The position numbers were made by a program, and so were the translations under genes. The notes below the pieces were generated by a model. The model did no database searches, was not told the origin of the DNA, and saw nothing but the letters and a program-made list of their open reading frames with translations. DNA of 64,000 nucleotides from Mobula hypostoma. Lineage: Eukaryota. Positions 35,578-48,089 of this stretch are shown in pieces. The stretch covers positions 45,634,001 to 45,698,000 of the forward strand of contig NC_086108.1 of assembly GCF_963921235.1 (NCBI RefSeq). The letters run 5' to 3'. Position 1 is the stretch's first letter. The number at the start of each line of letters is the position of its first letter.

Positions 35578-37938
35578 CTAGCCTAGCGTAACAAACACCA
35601 CCCAACGTCCCAGTTCTTTGCATCGCCTCGAGACAATCAAACACACGTGTGCGAGTTGGTTAATTACTTCTCCTAAAGAGTCGCTTTGTTCGGGGAATAA
35701 GGGAGAGACCTTATCAGCAGAGCTGGCCAAAACAATAGCCTTCTCCCATCTGGTTGATACCATACTCATCTTTTCAAAATAGTTTTTTTCTCTTATCAGG
35801 GAGACCCTAGCTTCATTGACTTCCGCGCTAACACCGACTAGGTTTGTTAGCATATCAAAAGCCTGTGACCGTCTCAGTTCGCGTCTGCCATGATCAATAA
35901 CATCCTTCCTCCTGGGCAGCCGGTAAACCTCTTTCATGATTCCACCAACTGTTTCCTCCAGCACCACAAAATGTCCACCGGGGGGTACCTTGTGGGCCAG
36001 GTTAAAAATCTCATCCCCATAACTCTTTTGCACCACCCCCCATTCCTCATCTGCAGGTACGGTACTTGGTTTCCCTTTCTTCCTTAGCACTTCCTCCTCC
36101 ACACAATAGCCCACTGGTTCCCTTGTTAATTCTGTGTCAGAGAGAGCTGTCTCTGCCAAAACCCTCAGCCCTTTGTCTCGCTCCTGCACCTGCACAAATT
36201 CTTTCCTGGCTAATGCTAAGTCTGTCTCAGCTCCCTCACTACCTTTTGTTTCACTACACTCCTTCTTTTCACTTTCTACCCCCTTCTCGTACAAGGCTGG
36301 CAGAAACGTCTCAGCTAAATTTGCTACCGCAGCCCCATGATGAACCTGTGAGTCCATGGGCGGGGCCTCAATGCTGGCAGGCTGACCTGTCGATCTCACG
36401 ACTGGGAACACGATTCCCCCGGCGAGGTCATTACCGAGCAAGACTTCCACGCCTTTCATCGGTAATTCGGACCTCACCCTGATCGTGACTAGTCCAGAGA
36501 CCAGGTTGCTTTGTAAGTGTATCTGGTGCAAAGGGACTGACTCTGTCCCTTCCCCAACACCTTTGACCTTTACCTCCCCAGTCTGGGTCTCTGAGCTAAA
36601 CTCTAATACACTCTTCAGTATTAGTGACTGACACGCTCCCGTGTCTCTCCAGATCCGCACTGGAACTGGTTTTAACCCCTCCTTCACTGACACTAATCCG
36701 GCCGAGATAAACCTCTCGCGCCCTTCCTGAACTTTGGCAGACCTGTCCTGTCCTAGCGGTTCGTTTACCAGCTCGATACAGCCAGTCAAAATCCCCGTTT
36801 TTCCTTTTCCCGTCTCCTTCTTTGGGGCAAAGCACCTGGACACAAAGTGTCCGACTTTCCCACAATTATAACAGACGACCCCAGGAGATTTCCTACCAGA
36901 CTGCTCCCGGTCTACCTTATCCTTCTCACTAGTCCCCGGCTTACTTTCTGACTTTTCTGGCGGACTCTCCCTGCCATCCTGACTACCCTTCTGGTAGCCT
37001 TTACTTGGGGCAAACTTCATTTTATGCGTCAACGCATACTCATCCGCTAACTTAGCATTTGCAACTAACGTGGCTGCCTCTTTCTCATCTAGGTAGGGTC
37101 TCATACCCTCAGGGACACAACCTTTAAACTGCTCAATCAGGATCAGCTGTAGCAGTCTGTCATAATCCCCCTCTACCCCCTTCGAGGCGCACCAACGCTC
37201 ACAATATGTCTGCATCTCACGGGCAAACTCTAAATACGTGCGGTCCCACTGCTTCCTCGCATTCCGGAACCTCTGCCGGTATGCCTCCGGGACCAACTCA
37301 TAAATCCTGAGGATGGCCTCTTTCACCACCTCATACCTCTGGGCATCTTCCGCGGACAAAGCTGTGTAAGCTTGTTGGGCTTTCCCTTTCAGTACACTCT
37401 GAAGCAAAACAGCCCACTTATCCCTCGGCCAGTCCTGACTTGTAGCAACTTTTTCGAAATGGAGAAAGTACCGATCCACGTCGGTATCGTCAAATGGGGG
37501 AACTAGCCTAACCTCCTGGGTCGCCCGGAACCCTCCACCTTGGTTCGGTACGGGCCCCTTCTCTGCCCTTATCTTTAACTTCTCCAGCTCGAATTCCCTT
37601 TCCCTCTGTTTCTCCTCTCGCTCCAACTGTCTCTCTCTCTCTTTCTCTTCTCGCTCCAACTGCCGTACCCGGAACTCATGCTCGAGTCTCAGTTTTTCAA
37701 GCTGCACCTGTACCGCGTCTCCAGCAGGTTTTTCAATAGACACCACCTCCAGCTCCCCTTGGGGAAACACACCTTTAGATACATAGTGCTCTACGATAGC
37801 TCTGTGTATCTCCTCTCTTCTCATTGTCGACTTCCCCTTAGCAAAATTCAACCGTTTGGCCACAGCTACCAATTCCGCTTTCCTGGCATCCTCTAATGCC
37901 TGCAAGGTCGGCGCCTTTATAAATTCCTCAGCCTCCAT
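35578..37938 (-). CDS. Gag (coiled coil, SCAN-like capsid CTD, CCHC knuckle)-aspartic protease polyprotein with integrase N-terminal remnant
   Basis: 786-aa open frame; PEAYRQRFR..LILIEQF..LADEY (SCAN-like), CYNCGKVGHFVSRC, RDTGA, LLGND, LAHKVPPGGH. Confidence 0.88.
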   Translation of the reverse strand: MEAEEFIKAPTLQALEDARKAELVAVAKRLNFAKGKSTMRREEIHRAIVEHYVSKGVFPQGELEVVSIEKPAGDAVQVQLEKLRLEHEFRVRQLEREEKERERQLEREEKQREREFELEKLKIRAEKGPVPNQGGGFRATQEVRLVPPFDDTDVDRYFLHFEKVATSQDWPRDKWAVLLQSVLKGKAQQAYTALSAEDAQRYEVVKEAILRIYELVPEAYRQRFRNARKQWDRTYLEFAREMQTYCERWCASKGVEGDYDRLLQLILIEQFKGCVPEGMRPYLDEKEAATLVANAKLADEYALTHKMKFAPSKGYQKGSQDGRESPPEKSESKPGTSEKDKVDREQSGRKSPGVVCYNCGKVGHFVSRCFAPKKETGKGKTGILTGCIELVNEPLGQDRSAKVQEGRERFISAGLVSVKEGLKPVPVRIWRDTGACQSLILKSVLEFSSETQTGEVKVKGVGEGTESVPLHQIHLQSNLVSGLVTIRVRSELPMKGVEVLLGNDLAGGIVFPVVRSTGQPASIEAPPMDSQVHHGAAVANLAETFLPALYEKGVESEKKECSETKGSEGAETDLALARKEFVQVQERDKGLRVLAETALSDTELTREPVGYCVEEEVLRKKGKPSTVPADEEWGVVQKSYGDEIFNLAHKVPPGGHFVVLEETVGGIMKEVYRLPRRKDVIDHGRRELRRSQAFDMLTNLVGVSAEVNEARVSLIREKNYFEKMSMVSTRWEKAIVLASSADKVSPLFPEQSDSLGEVINQLAHVCLIVSRRCKELGRWVVFVTLG

Positions 37939-38014
37939 TTCTGCTGTTTGTCTTTTCTTTCTTTCAGGAATTTTAACCCAATCAATTTACTCCGTCCCAA
38001 ATTTAGCGTTCAAA

Positions 38015-38033
38015 ATCGCGGACGAGAACCCCA
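38015..38033 (-). promoter_or_regulatory. Primer binding site, tRNA-Pro-like
   Basis: Minus strand TGGGGTTCTCGTCCGCGAT resembles the canonical TGGGGGCTCGTCCGGGAT, 4 nt downstream of the 5' LTR. Confidence 0.8.
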
Positions 38034-38037
38034 CTTA

Positions 38038-38940
38038 TATTACGTACCCTGTAACTGGGTTGCCAAACCAGCAGAAATGGATCACTCAGTTGGAGTCTGG
38101 ATTACTAGAACTAAGAAAGTTTTATTAATGAAACAAGCAACACAGTACTCTAATCAAAAGGATAATGAATGCAACAGTTCAGCAATGATAAACACACATG
38201 TACACAGAATTAAGATAACAAGATCAATCAAGCTCTATCGTTGTCTAGGGGTAAATGACCAGTTTCAAAGTGACGCAAAGTTCAGTTCAATTTAGTTCAG
38301 TTCAGTTCGCAGCAATCGCTGCCGTGGGAGATGGACAGTGTGGGGAAGGAGGGAGAGAGCAAAACGAATGAATATTCAAACGGCTTCCGCACACAGACCT
38401 TCGATATTCTTCGCATTCAGCTTTCGTGCGAGCCCTTTGTGATGTCATCTGAGGTCACCGACCGTGACCCCTCCGTTTCCAGATACGATCATTTCTCTGT
38501 GGTGAACCTGGCACCCAGGCAAGGATGGACACACACCAGGTTCCCGCCGATCGTGCCTTTCCACCCTGTGTGTCTATGGCTTGGTCCCGCAACCAGCCTT
38601 CCAAAACTTCCCACCGACTTGTGGGAGACGCACCGCTTCCAGGGTCTCGTTACCTCGGGGTGTCGTGTGTGTCTTGCCTTAGCGAACCTGTCCCTTTTTA
38701 TCCCCCTGCTGGGGTATCGCCTGTCCATCACTTCAAACAGTTCAGGGTTCAAAGGGGGAGCCGATCTTGACAGCTCTCCTTCCGTTACTCTCTCCTGTCC
38801 CTTCATTAACATCTCCAAATGCTGCTCCATTGTTTTCCTTATCTCTCTTTCTCCTGAAGATAGGTGGCAGACCAACTGCTGATCCCACTGGTGCCAGCCC
38901 AGGCCTGCTAACATCTTAATTTATGTGTATTCTCGTCACA
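38038..38940 (-). repeat. 5' LTR
   Basis: Direct repeat of 34022-34924; followed on the minus strand by the PBS. Confidence 0.95.
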
Positions 38941-41479
38941 ACATCTTTAACCCTACCATCCTTTCCCTGCCTCAATGGAACATACCTACGCAGAACTCCA
39001 TGCAAATGTTCCCTGAGCATTTGCCACATTTCTGCCATGCATTTCCCTGAGAACATCTTCTCCCATTTTATACTCCCGAGTTCCTGCCCAATAGCATCAT
39101 ATTTCCCCCCACTCCAATTAACTTGTTTTCCCAAATTGTCTGCTCCTGTCCGTCTCCAGCGCTATGGTGAAGAAGATAGAGTTGTGGTCACTGCCTCCAA
39201 AATGCTCTCCCACCGAGAGAACTGACATCTGACCAGGTTCATTTCCCAATACCAGATCAAGTACAGCCTCTAGTTAGCTTATCTACATATTGTGTCAGGA
39301 AACCTTCCTGAACACACCTAACAAACTCCAACCCTTCTAAATCCCTTGTGCTAAGGAGATGTCAATCAATAATAGGAAAGTTAAAATCTCCCATCACAAC
39401 AACCCTATTATTAATGCATCTTTCCAGAATCTGCCTCCCTATCTGCTTCTCGATAGCCCTGTTCTATTTGGTGGTCTATAAAAAACACCCAGTAGAGTTA
39501 TTGCCCCTTTCCTGGTTCTGACTTCCACCCACACTGACTCAGTAAACCATCCCTCCAAGACTCCCTCCTTTTCTGCAGCCGTGACACTATCCCTAATTAG
39601 CAATGCCACACCCCCACCTCTTTTGCCTCCCTCCCTGTTCTTTCTGAAAACATCTAAAGCCTGGCACACTCAACAGCCATTCCTGCTCTTGAGACATCCA
39701 AGTCGCTGTAATGGTCACAACGTCATAGTTCCACGTGTTGATTCACGCTCTAAGTTCATCCATCTTGTTTATGAAACTACTTGCTTAAAATGGACACATC
39801 TCAAACCATCAGGCTGAGTGCATCTTTACTCTAACATCTGCCTATCCTTCCTCACACACTCTCTACAGGCTGTCTCAGCTTGTGCTCCAACCTCCCATCC
39901 TCTGCCTCTTCACTTTGGTTCCCACCCCCCTGAAAATCTAGTTTAAACCCTCCCCAACAGCATTAGCAAACCTCCCCACCAGAATATTGGCCCCTCTCAG
40001 ATTCAAGTTGCAACCCATCTTTTTTGTACAGCTCATACCTGCCCCAGAAGAGGTCCCAATGATCCAAAAATCTGAATCCCTTCCCCCTGCTCCAATCCCT
40101 CAGCCACGCATTTATCCTCCACCTCATTCTATTCCTATACTCACTGTCACGTGGCACAGGCAGTAATCCCGAGATTACTACCTTTGAGGTCCTGCATCTC
40201 AGCTCCTTTCCTAACTCCCTGTATACTGCTTTCAGGGCCTCCTCCCTTTTCCTACATATGTTGTTGATACCAATATGTACCACGACCTCTGGCTGCTCAC
40301 TCTCCCATTTCAGGATATTGTGAATGCGCTCAGAAATATCACAAACCCTGGCACCTGGGAGGCAAACTACCATCCTTGTTTCTTTTACACGCCTACAGAA
40401 TCGCCTATTTTACCCCCTAACTATAGAGTCCTCTATTACCACTGCCCTCCTCTTCCATTCCCTACCCTTCTGAGCCACAGGGCCAGACAGTGCCTTTGTT
40501 GCTTTCCCCAGTTAGGTCACCCCCCCCCCAAAAAAGCACTCAAAATGGAGTACTTATTGTTAAGGGGGCAGCCACAGGGGTGCTCTCCACTACCTGATGC
40601 CCTCCCTTCCCTCTCCTGATGGTCACCCACTTATCTATCCCCTGTGGCCCTGGGGTGACTTCCTGTCTGTAGCACCTATCTATCACCTCCTCACTCTCCC
40701 TAACAAGCCAAAGGTCATCGAGCTGCAGTTCCAGTTCCTTAACTCGGTTTCTAAGGAGCTGCAGCTCGATGCACCTGGCGCAGATATAGCCATCAGGGAG
40801 GCTGGAAGTCTCCCGGATATCCCATATCCGACACCCAGAACAGAAAACTGGCCTTGCAGTCATACCAACTATTCTTGCTGGGGGGGGGTGTGAAAAAAAT
40901 AACCTGCCTCGCCTTGGCCTGTCCTCATCAAAGCCCCGATGAGCCAAAGCCCTACTACTCTGATTTACACTATTCTGATGACCACTCTGCTAGACAATGT
41001 CTGCTTTCTTAGCATCCTTGTGCAATGACGAGCTACTGCATCTGTGCACTTCTTCCTGACCTGTGCAAAGCTCTCTCTCTCTTCAAATCGATTGATCTGC
41101 AGCTAATAGTTATCCCAAAGAAAACCCAAAGAGATTTAGTAGAAAGCCCTGGAGATCCAAAAGTGTTGTGCTAATCATTATGCTACCATGTCACCCCATC
41201 TTATGCACTCTTTCTTTTTCCATGTACTCAACAATCTCTCAGACTGTGTATTTCCGTTACCTTTTAAATACCACCGCAACCCTTGCAGCTCGATGCATTT
41301 AGCACTACAGGCATATGCTGGAGAATGCTTAGGCCACAAGGGAGGAAAGTTATAGCTGCTCTGTTCATCTCAATCATGCTGACAAAGAATTCCATTAACT
41401 TTCCATTAATGTGATCATTGTAATTCTTCCCAATTTTCTTTTCTCTCAATGTTCATGAAGGATAAATACCTAAAGCATC

Positions 41480-42066
41480 ACTCCCCAACTTTTCCTATGC
41501 TACATCGACAACTGCGTCAGTGCAGCTTCCTGCACACATGTGGAGCTCGTTGACTTCATCAATTTCGCCTCCAATTGCCACCCTGCCCTCGTATTTACCT
41601 GGGCCATTTCTGACACCTCCCTCCCCTTTCTCAATTCCCTATCTCTAATTCTGGAGACAGCTTATCTATTATCAACCCACTGACTCTCACAGCTACCTGG
41701 ACTGTACCTCTTCCCACCCTGTTACTTGTAAGAATGCCATCCCCTTCTCTTAATTCCTCTGTCTCCACCATGTCTCCTCTCAGGATGAGGCTTTTCATTC
41801 CAGAACTAAGGAGATGTCCTCCTTCTTCAAAGAAAGGGGCTTTCCTTCCTCCACCATCAACGCTGCCCTCAACTGCATCTCTTCCATTTCACGCATGTCT
41901 ACCCTCACCCCATCCTCCCACCACCCCACCAGAGATAGGGTTCCTCTTGTCCTCACCTACCACCTCATCAGCCTCTACTTCCGGCACAAAATTCTCCGTA
42001 ACTTCCACCATCACCAATAGGATCTCACCATCAAGCATATCTTTCCGTCCCCCCCCCACTTCCTGC
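41480..42066 (+). mobile_element. Penelope-like RT C-terminal fragment
   Basis: YIDN (YIDD-like)..HPALVFTW..LPFL..SHSYLD..IPFS..FFKERGFP..RVPLVLTYH; homologous to 13004-13200. Confidence 0.8.
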
Positions 42067-42370
42067 TAAATATATTCCTCCTGTTCCAAAAGGTCACCCC
42101 TCAATTTGAGGCTATGCCCTCTCGTTCTGGATACCCCCACCATAGGAAACATCCTCTCCACATCCACCTTATCTAGTCCTTTCAATAGTGGGTAAGTATC
42201 AATGAGATTCCCCCCCACCCCCACATTCCTCTAAATTCCAGTAAGTACAGGCCCAAAGCACCCAAAAGCTCCTCATATATTAGCTCTTTCATTCCCAGAA
42301 TCATCCTTGTGAACCTTTTCTGGACTCTCTCCAATGACAAACATCCTTTCTGAGATAAATGGCCCAAATG

Positions 42371-42992
42371 TCGGGAGGAGAGAGAGCAGTGCACTGTGCG
42401 CGTGCGCAGCCCTCTGGTGAAAAATGATATTGTATCTGTTAAATAGGGGCCGTGGACAATTCTGATTTGATGGAGAATGGATGTGAAAGCACAGAGGAAC
42501 ATCTGGAGAAATTTCTGAAACGCTCGTTCGCTGCTGTTGTTACTGCATGGTCGGGAATCTTTCGGAGAGTAGGCCTCAAAATCCCCGGCTTTGCCTGCTA
42601 TTGGCCACCGAGGTTGAGGTCGAATCGTTCGGACAGAGATGGTGCTCAGTACTCGGTGTCGGAGAGCTGATCAGAGCTCAAAGTTTTTGGATGACTCAGA
42701 GTCAGATTGTGGTCGGCATGGCAGGGGGAGTTCTTCCTTCTCCCGTCTACGTGACATGTGGGACATACGAGAGACCTTGAACTTTTATTGTGCTCATGGA
42801 CTTCTTCATCAAGTTATGGTATTGTTGCACTGTTGTGACTATATGTTATAATTATGTGGTTTTATCAGTTTTGTAAGTCTTGGTCTGTCCTGTGTTTTGT
42901 AATATCACACCGGAGGAAATATTGTATCATTTCTTAATGCATGCATTACTAAATGACAATAAAAGAGGACTACATGTCTTCATAATCTAAAA
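42371..42992 (+). mobile_element. Short non-LTR/SINE-like insertion of unassigned family
   Basis: Interrupts the CR1 at CCCAAA|..TGTTGACAATA; ends with AATAAA and an AATCT tail. Confidence 0.5.
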
Positions 42993-43479
42993 TCTGTTGA
43001 CAATACTGCAAGGACTGCCTGACTAGTGTTTAATAAAGGCTTAGTATTATCTCCTTGCTTTTATATTCTATTCCCCTTGAAATAAATGCCAACATTGCAT
43101 TTGCTTTCTTTACCACAGACTCAACCTGTAAATTAACCTTCTGGGAGTCTTGCACAAGGACTTTTAAGTCCCTCTGCACCTTTGATGTTTGAATTTTCTC
43201 CCCATTTAGGTAACAGTCTGCACCATTGTTCCTTCTCTCAAAATGTATTATCATACATTTCCCAACACTGTATTCCGTCTGCCACTTTTTTGCCCATTAT
43301 TCCAATTTGTCTAAGTCCTGCTGCAATCGCATTGTTTCCTCAGCACAACCCCCCCCCACCTGTCTTCGTACTATCCGCAAACTTTGCCACAAAGCCATCA
43401 ATTCCACTATATAAATCATTGAAAAACAATGTGAAAAGTAGCGGTCTCAATACTGACCCCTGAGGGACACCACTCGTAC

Positions 43480-44456
43480 TAGTGCGCATGCACCGGTCCT
43501 GCATGCAGCCTGTTTCAGCCGTTCCGATCAGTGTTCTTACTTTTTAGCTTACGTTATTTTTTGTATTTTTTTTTCACGGTAACACGTTGAAGCTGCACCC
43601 TCTCTAACATGCTGGTAGAGAGAGTTTTATTTGGGTTTTTAGCGCTGGAAATAGTTACATTCCGACACGTCTCATTAACGGGGCAGAAGCATGGTCGCAT
43701 TGTTTATTCCAGAGACCAGCTGATTGAGCTTATGCCGGCCGGTTTAGCGAGCAGAGCGGCGGACACCCCTGCTGAATTCTGGAGGAAAACACACAGAGGA
43801 TACGGAGGGGGATCACAAAGTCAAGGAAAGAGGACCAGGTCAAGACAACAGAGACTTATGGAGAAGAGGAGTTCGGTGGGTAATAAAATGGACGAGTTCA
43901 CGGCGCTAGCCAGGCGTCAGAGAACATTTCAGGAGTGCAGTGTTATGTGTTTCACTGGTACGGAGCTGCACGAGGACATACCCAATCAAAACTTTTCCAT
44001 GGGCGGCTTCCAGTCCGTTCGGGCTGACTGGAAGTGAACTGAGAGCAGTAAGTGTAAAGGAGTTGGGTGCTTACTGTTCTGGTTAACAACAGATGATGCA
44101 ATCCTGGCCATATTACGATCGAGGAACGTGTTTGTAGACCGGATATTGAACTTTTTACTGTTGGACTTCGGCCATATTCCATCGAGATACAACACTGGGC
44201 GGCACGGGAGGTCGTTCCTGTCTGTGGCCATTGAACTTGCTGCTCCTCCCGTGGAGGGTCAGACACCCTGAGCCAATAGACTGGTCCTGGACTTATTTTC
44301 CATCTGGCATAGTTTTCATTTTGTTGTTTGATTGTTTGTGGTTTTTGTATTGCTATATCTATGCTCTATTCTTGGTTGGTGCGGCTGTAACGAAACCCAA
44401 TTTCCCTCGGGATCAATAAAGTATATCTATCTATCTATCTATCTACCTATCTATCT
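43480..44456 (+). mobile_element. Bipartite non-autonomous Rex1/Babar derivative (5' UTR + endonuclease N-term joined to 3' tail)
   Basis: SVGNKMDE..CSVMCFT..FQSVRAD..LRPY endonuclease remnant, then GGGATCAATAAAGTA(TCTA)n tail. Confidence 0.65.
44424..44455 (+). repeat. (TCTA)n microsatellite tail
   Basis: Seen directly. Confidence 0.9.
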
Positions 44457-44879
44457 GTCAGTCATTGACAGCCAACCAGAAAAAGCCCTCTTTATTCCCA
44501 CTCGCAGTTAGTGTCTTCTACAGTAAAGACTGAAGCAAAGTACTTAGTAACTTCGTCTGCCATTTATTTGTCCCCACTACTACCTCACCAGCATCATTTT
44601 CCAGTGGTCCAATATCAACTCTCACCTCCCTTTTATTCTTTATATAACTGAAAAAACTTTTACCATCCTGCTTTATATTTTCATCTAGTTTGCTCTCATG
44701 TTTCATCTTTTCCTTTCTTAGAGCTTTTTTAGTTACTTTATGTTGGATTTTAAAAGCTTCCCAATCATTCAACTTCCCACTCACTTTTGCTCCCTTATAT
44801 GTCCTTTCCTTGGCTTCTATGCAGTCCTTAACTTGCCTTGTCAAGCACAGTTACCTACCCCTGCCATTTGAGAACTTAA

Positions 44880-45205
44880 ACATAGAACATAGAACATAGA
44901 ATGGTACAGCACATTACAGGCCCTTCGGCCCACAATGTTGTGCTGACCCTCAAACGCTGCCTCCCATATAACCCCCCACCTTAAATTCCTCCATATACCT
45001 GTCTAGTAGTCTCTTAAACTTCACTAGTGTACTTGCCTCCACCACTGACTCAGGCAGTGCATTCCACTCACCAACCACTCTCTGAGTAAAAAACCTTCCT
45101 CTGATATCCCCTTTGAACTTCCCACCCTTTACCTTAAAGCCATGTCCTCTTGTATTAAGCAGTGGTGCCCTGGGGAAGAGGCGTTGGCTATCCACTCTAT
45201 CTATT
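44880..45205 (-). mobile_element. CR1 3' end, same subfamily as 1-585
   Basis: Near-identical RVDSQRLFPRAPLLNTRGHGFKV translation; (CATAGAA)n tail. Confidence 0.9.
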
Positions 45206-45369
45206 CTGTGGGACATATCTATCCTGCACCTTGTGAACTACTCCCAGAAACTTCAGCCACCTCTGTACAACCATCATTCCCACCAGTATCCTCCTCCAAT
45301 CCACCTGGGCAAGCTCTTCTCTCATGCCTGCGTAATTCCCTTTATTCCATGGGGATACTGATACATGTA

Positions 45370-46050
45370 ACTTCCCACTGATCCCCCTCCTGGTATTTAT
45401 CCTTGCAAGTGGAACAGGTGTTACACCTGCCCCTACACCTCCTTCCTCACTTCCATTCAGGGCCACAAACAGTCCTTCCAGGTGAGGCGGAACTTCACCT
45501 GTGAGTCTGTTGGGGTCATCATTTCCAGTGCTCTCGGCGTACCCTACTGTATATTGGTGAGACATGACGTAGATTGGTAGACCACTTCGGCAAGCGCCTA
45601 TGCTCTGTCTGCCAGAAACAATGGGATCACCCGGGGGCCACCCATTTTAATTCTGCTTTATATTCCTATTCCAACATGTCAGTTCATGGCCTGCTTTACT
45701 GCCACAATGAGGTCACGCTCAGATCGGAGGAGCAGCACCTTATATTCCATCTGGGTAGTCTCCAACCCTCTGGTGCTTCTCCCACTTTTTTTTCTTCCAT
45801 GACCTTCTCCTGTCAGATTCCCGCTTCTCCAGGCCTGTATCTCTTTCACCAATCGACTTCCCAGATCTTTACTTCACATCTCCCTCCTGGTTTCATCTAT
45901 CACCTTGTGTTTCTCCCTCCCCTCCCCCCACTTTCTTACTCTGACTCCTCATCTTTTTTCCTCCAGTCCTGATGAAGGATCTTGGCCCAAAACGTCGACT
46001 GTTTGCTGCCTGGCCTGCTGAGTTCCTCCAGCATTTTGTGTGTGTTGCTT
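45370..46050 (+). mobile_element. Penelope-like 3' fragment (GIY-YIG + terminal repeat)
   Basis: LYIGET..LVDHFGKRL..ATHFNS..RSEEQHLIFHLGSLQP; pyrimidine tract; hammerhead. Confidence 0.85.
45964..46001 (+). ncRNA. Minimal hammerhead ribozyme motif (best-preserved copy; GAAA>AAAA)
   Basis: CAGTC-CTGATGA-AGGATCTTGGCCC-AAAAC-GTC-GACTG; perfect stem I CAGTC/GACTG. Confidence 0.65.
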
Positions 46051-46464
46051 GGACTTACTGCATTTTAAAACATTAACTTTCCTATTCTATTTACAAATGC
46101 TGGCTCTCCTACTTTGTGCTTCTGACATTTTCTACTTTTATTTCAAATTTACATTGTCTGTTCTTTTTATCTCATATTTCATGAAGTAATCAACCCCGAA
46201 AATTAAAGACTTTAAAAACATATTTCAGGATTATTTTGAATTAACATTCATAATGATTTCAAGTTTGGCTGGTGGAATGTTGATTAAATACCTTGCTATT
46301 TATTACAGCACCAGGACTTCTTCTTCAAAAATGCAATTTGCATTGATTTGCATTGTTTTACTTCATCAGAAGACTGTAATACATGGAATAACCAGGGGAG
46401 GGAGAACTAGGACAAGATGACAAGAGATGTCATGTCTAACTTGTTACACACACCGTAATAATGT

Positions 46465-47835
46465 TTTCAAAGGTCAAAGTTCAAAATAAATGTACTATCA
46501 AGGAAGATACATGTTACCACATACTACCATAAGATTCATTTTCTTGCAAGCATTTACAGGAAAATAAGTATAAAATAAATTTTATGAAAACTGTACATAA
46601 ACAAAAACTGGCAAACAACCAATGTGAAAAAGATGACAAACTCTGCAAATAAAATAATATTGAGAACATGAGTTATAAAATCTTTGAAAGTAAGTCTGTA
46701 GGTCGTAGAATCACTTCAGAGTAGTGGTGAATGAAGTTATCCACGCTGGTTCAGGAGCCTGATGGCTGTAGGTTAGTACCTGTGCTTGGACCAAGTTGTG
46801 TGGGACCTAAGCTTCTGTACCTTCTGCCCAATGGTAATAGCAAGAAGAGAGCATCTGCTGGATGGTGGGGGTCTTTGATGATGAATGCTGCTCTCTTATG
46901 GCAGTGCTCCATGTAAATATACTCAGAGATGGGGAGGGCTTTGTCTGTGGTCGACTAGACTGTATCCATTCCTGGGCATCAATGTTTCCATCAATGATGC
47001 AACCAGTCAGGACATCTATAGAACTTCGTCAGAGCTTTTGGTGACATGCTGAATCTTCACAAACTTGGAAGAAAGTAGAGGTGTTGTCGTGTCTTTGTGA
47101 TTGACACTTATGTGTTGGTTCCAGGTCAGATCCTCTGATATGATGACACAAAGGAATTTAAAGCTACTGACCTCTCCACTTCCATTCCCCTAAAGAGGAA
47201 TGGCTCAAGGACCTCCAGCTTCTTCCTCCTGTAGTCGATAATTATCAGCTCCTTGGTTTTGTTGATATTGAATGAGATATTGTTGTTGTGGCACCATTCA
47301 ATCAAATTTTCAATTCCCCCCCCCATATGGTGATTCGTCACCACCTTTGATTCGTCCAACAACAGTAGAGTCGTCGGCAAACCTAAATATGGCACTGCAA
47401 CTGTGCTTACACACAGTCATAAGTGTTAAGTGAGTGGAACAGGGGCACCTCCGCTGATGATGAATGTGGAGGAATATTGTCACCAATCTGTACTAACTAG
47501 GGTCCTCCAGTGAGGAGATTGAGGATCTAGTTGGACAGGGAGGTAAGGTCTTGGAGATTAGCAATGAGTTTCGAGGGATGAAAGCCGTGAAAGCTGAGCT
47601 ATAGTCAATGAAGAGCATACTGACATACACACCTTCATTGTCTGATGTCCAGAGCTGAGTCAAGAGCCAATGAAATGACATCTGCTGTGATCTGTTGCGA
47701 CGGAAGGTAAACTGGAGTGGATCCAGGTCACTCCTCGGGCAGGAGTTGATGTGCTTCATGACCAGCCTCTGGAAGCACTTTATCACGGAGGGTCTGAGTA
47801 CTACTGGACCATAGTCGTTGAGGCACACAACCACA
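46465..47835 (-). mobile_element. Rex1/Babar-type LINE fragment with 3' UTR
   Basis: CLNDYGPV..KCFQRLV..LDPLQF, MLFIDYSSAF, EWCHNNN..NKTKELI.IDYRR; CTTTGAA-like tail. Confidence 0.75.
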
Positions 47836-48089
47836 TTTTAACAGAACTTACGACACTGCATTATGCTTTTGTCAAATTTTGTATTTTCTAGCATATTTTT
47901 AATTTTTAAAAAAACAGCCATATTTCCTTTTCTCATGAAACAGCCTATCCACACTGTGGACCTGCTTTATGAACTAACTAATTTTATTTTAATGCCTCTC
48001 ACCCAATAGTAAACGCCAGATTTAAAAAGCAAACGGAGCCTGTCAGGACTCGTGGTGGAGCTTGATATTGTACAAGCTGTTGTTTGTGG

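Larger units (their letters stand above)
34022..38940 (-). mobile_element. Young non-autonomous Gmr1-like Gypsy LTR retrotransposon
   Basis: Two 903-bp LTRs (34022-34924, 38038-38940), 4-bp TSD ACAT, tRNA-Pro-like PBS, PPT AAAGGTGGGAAG, long gag-pro ORF, RT/RH remnants only. Confidence 0.93.
32085..41050 (-). mobile_element. Near full-length CR1 LINE, split by an LTR element
   Basis: ORF1 (CSGC..CARC zinc finger/coiled coil, SGNH esterase CLPGA..HIGINN..DGL) at ~39945-40863; APE endonuclease (RGGGVALL..FYRPP) at ~39200-39800; RT at 32300-34021; ATAGAAC tail. Confidence 0.9.
42080..45365 (-). mobile_element. CR1 LINE fragments interrupted by three insertions
   Basis: LERVQKRFTRMI, QRDLKVLV..VVKKANAML, KSFFSYIKNKR..IGPL, WLKF motifs. 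Confidence 0.8.
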
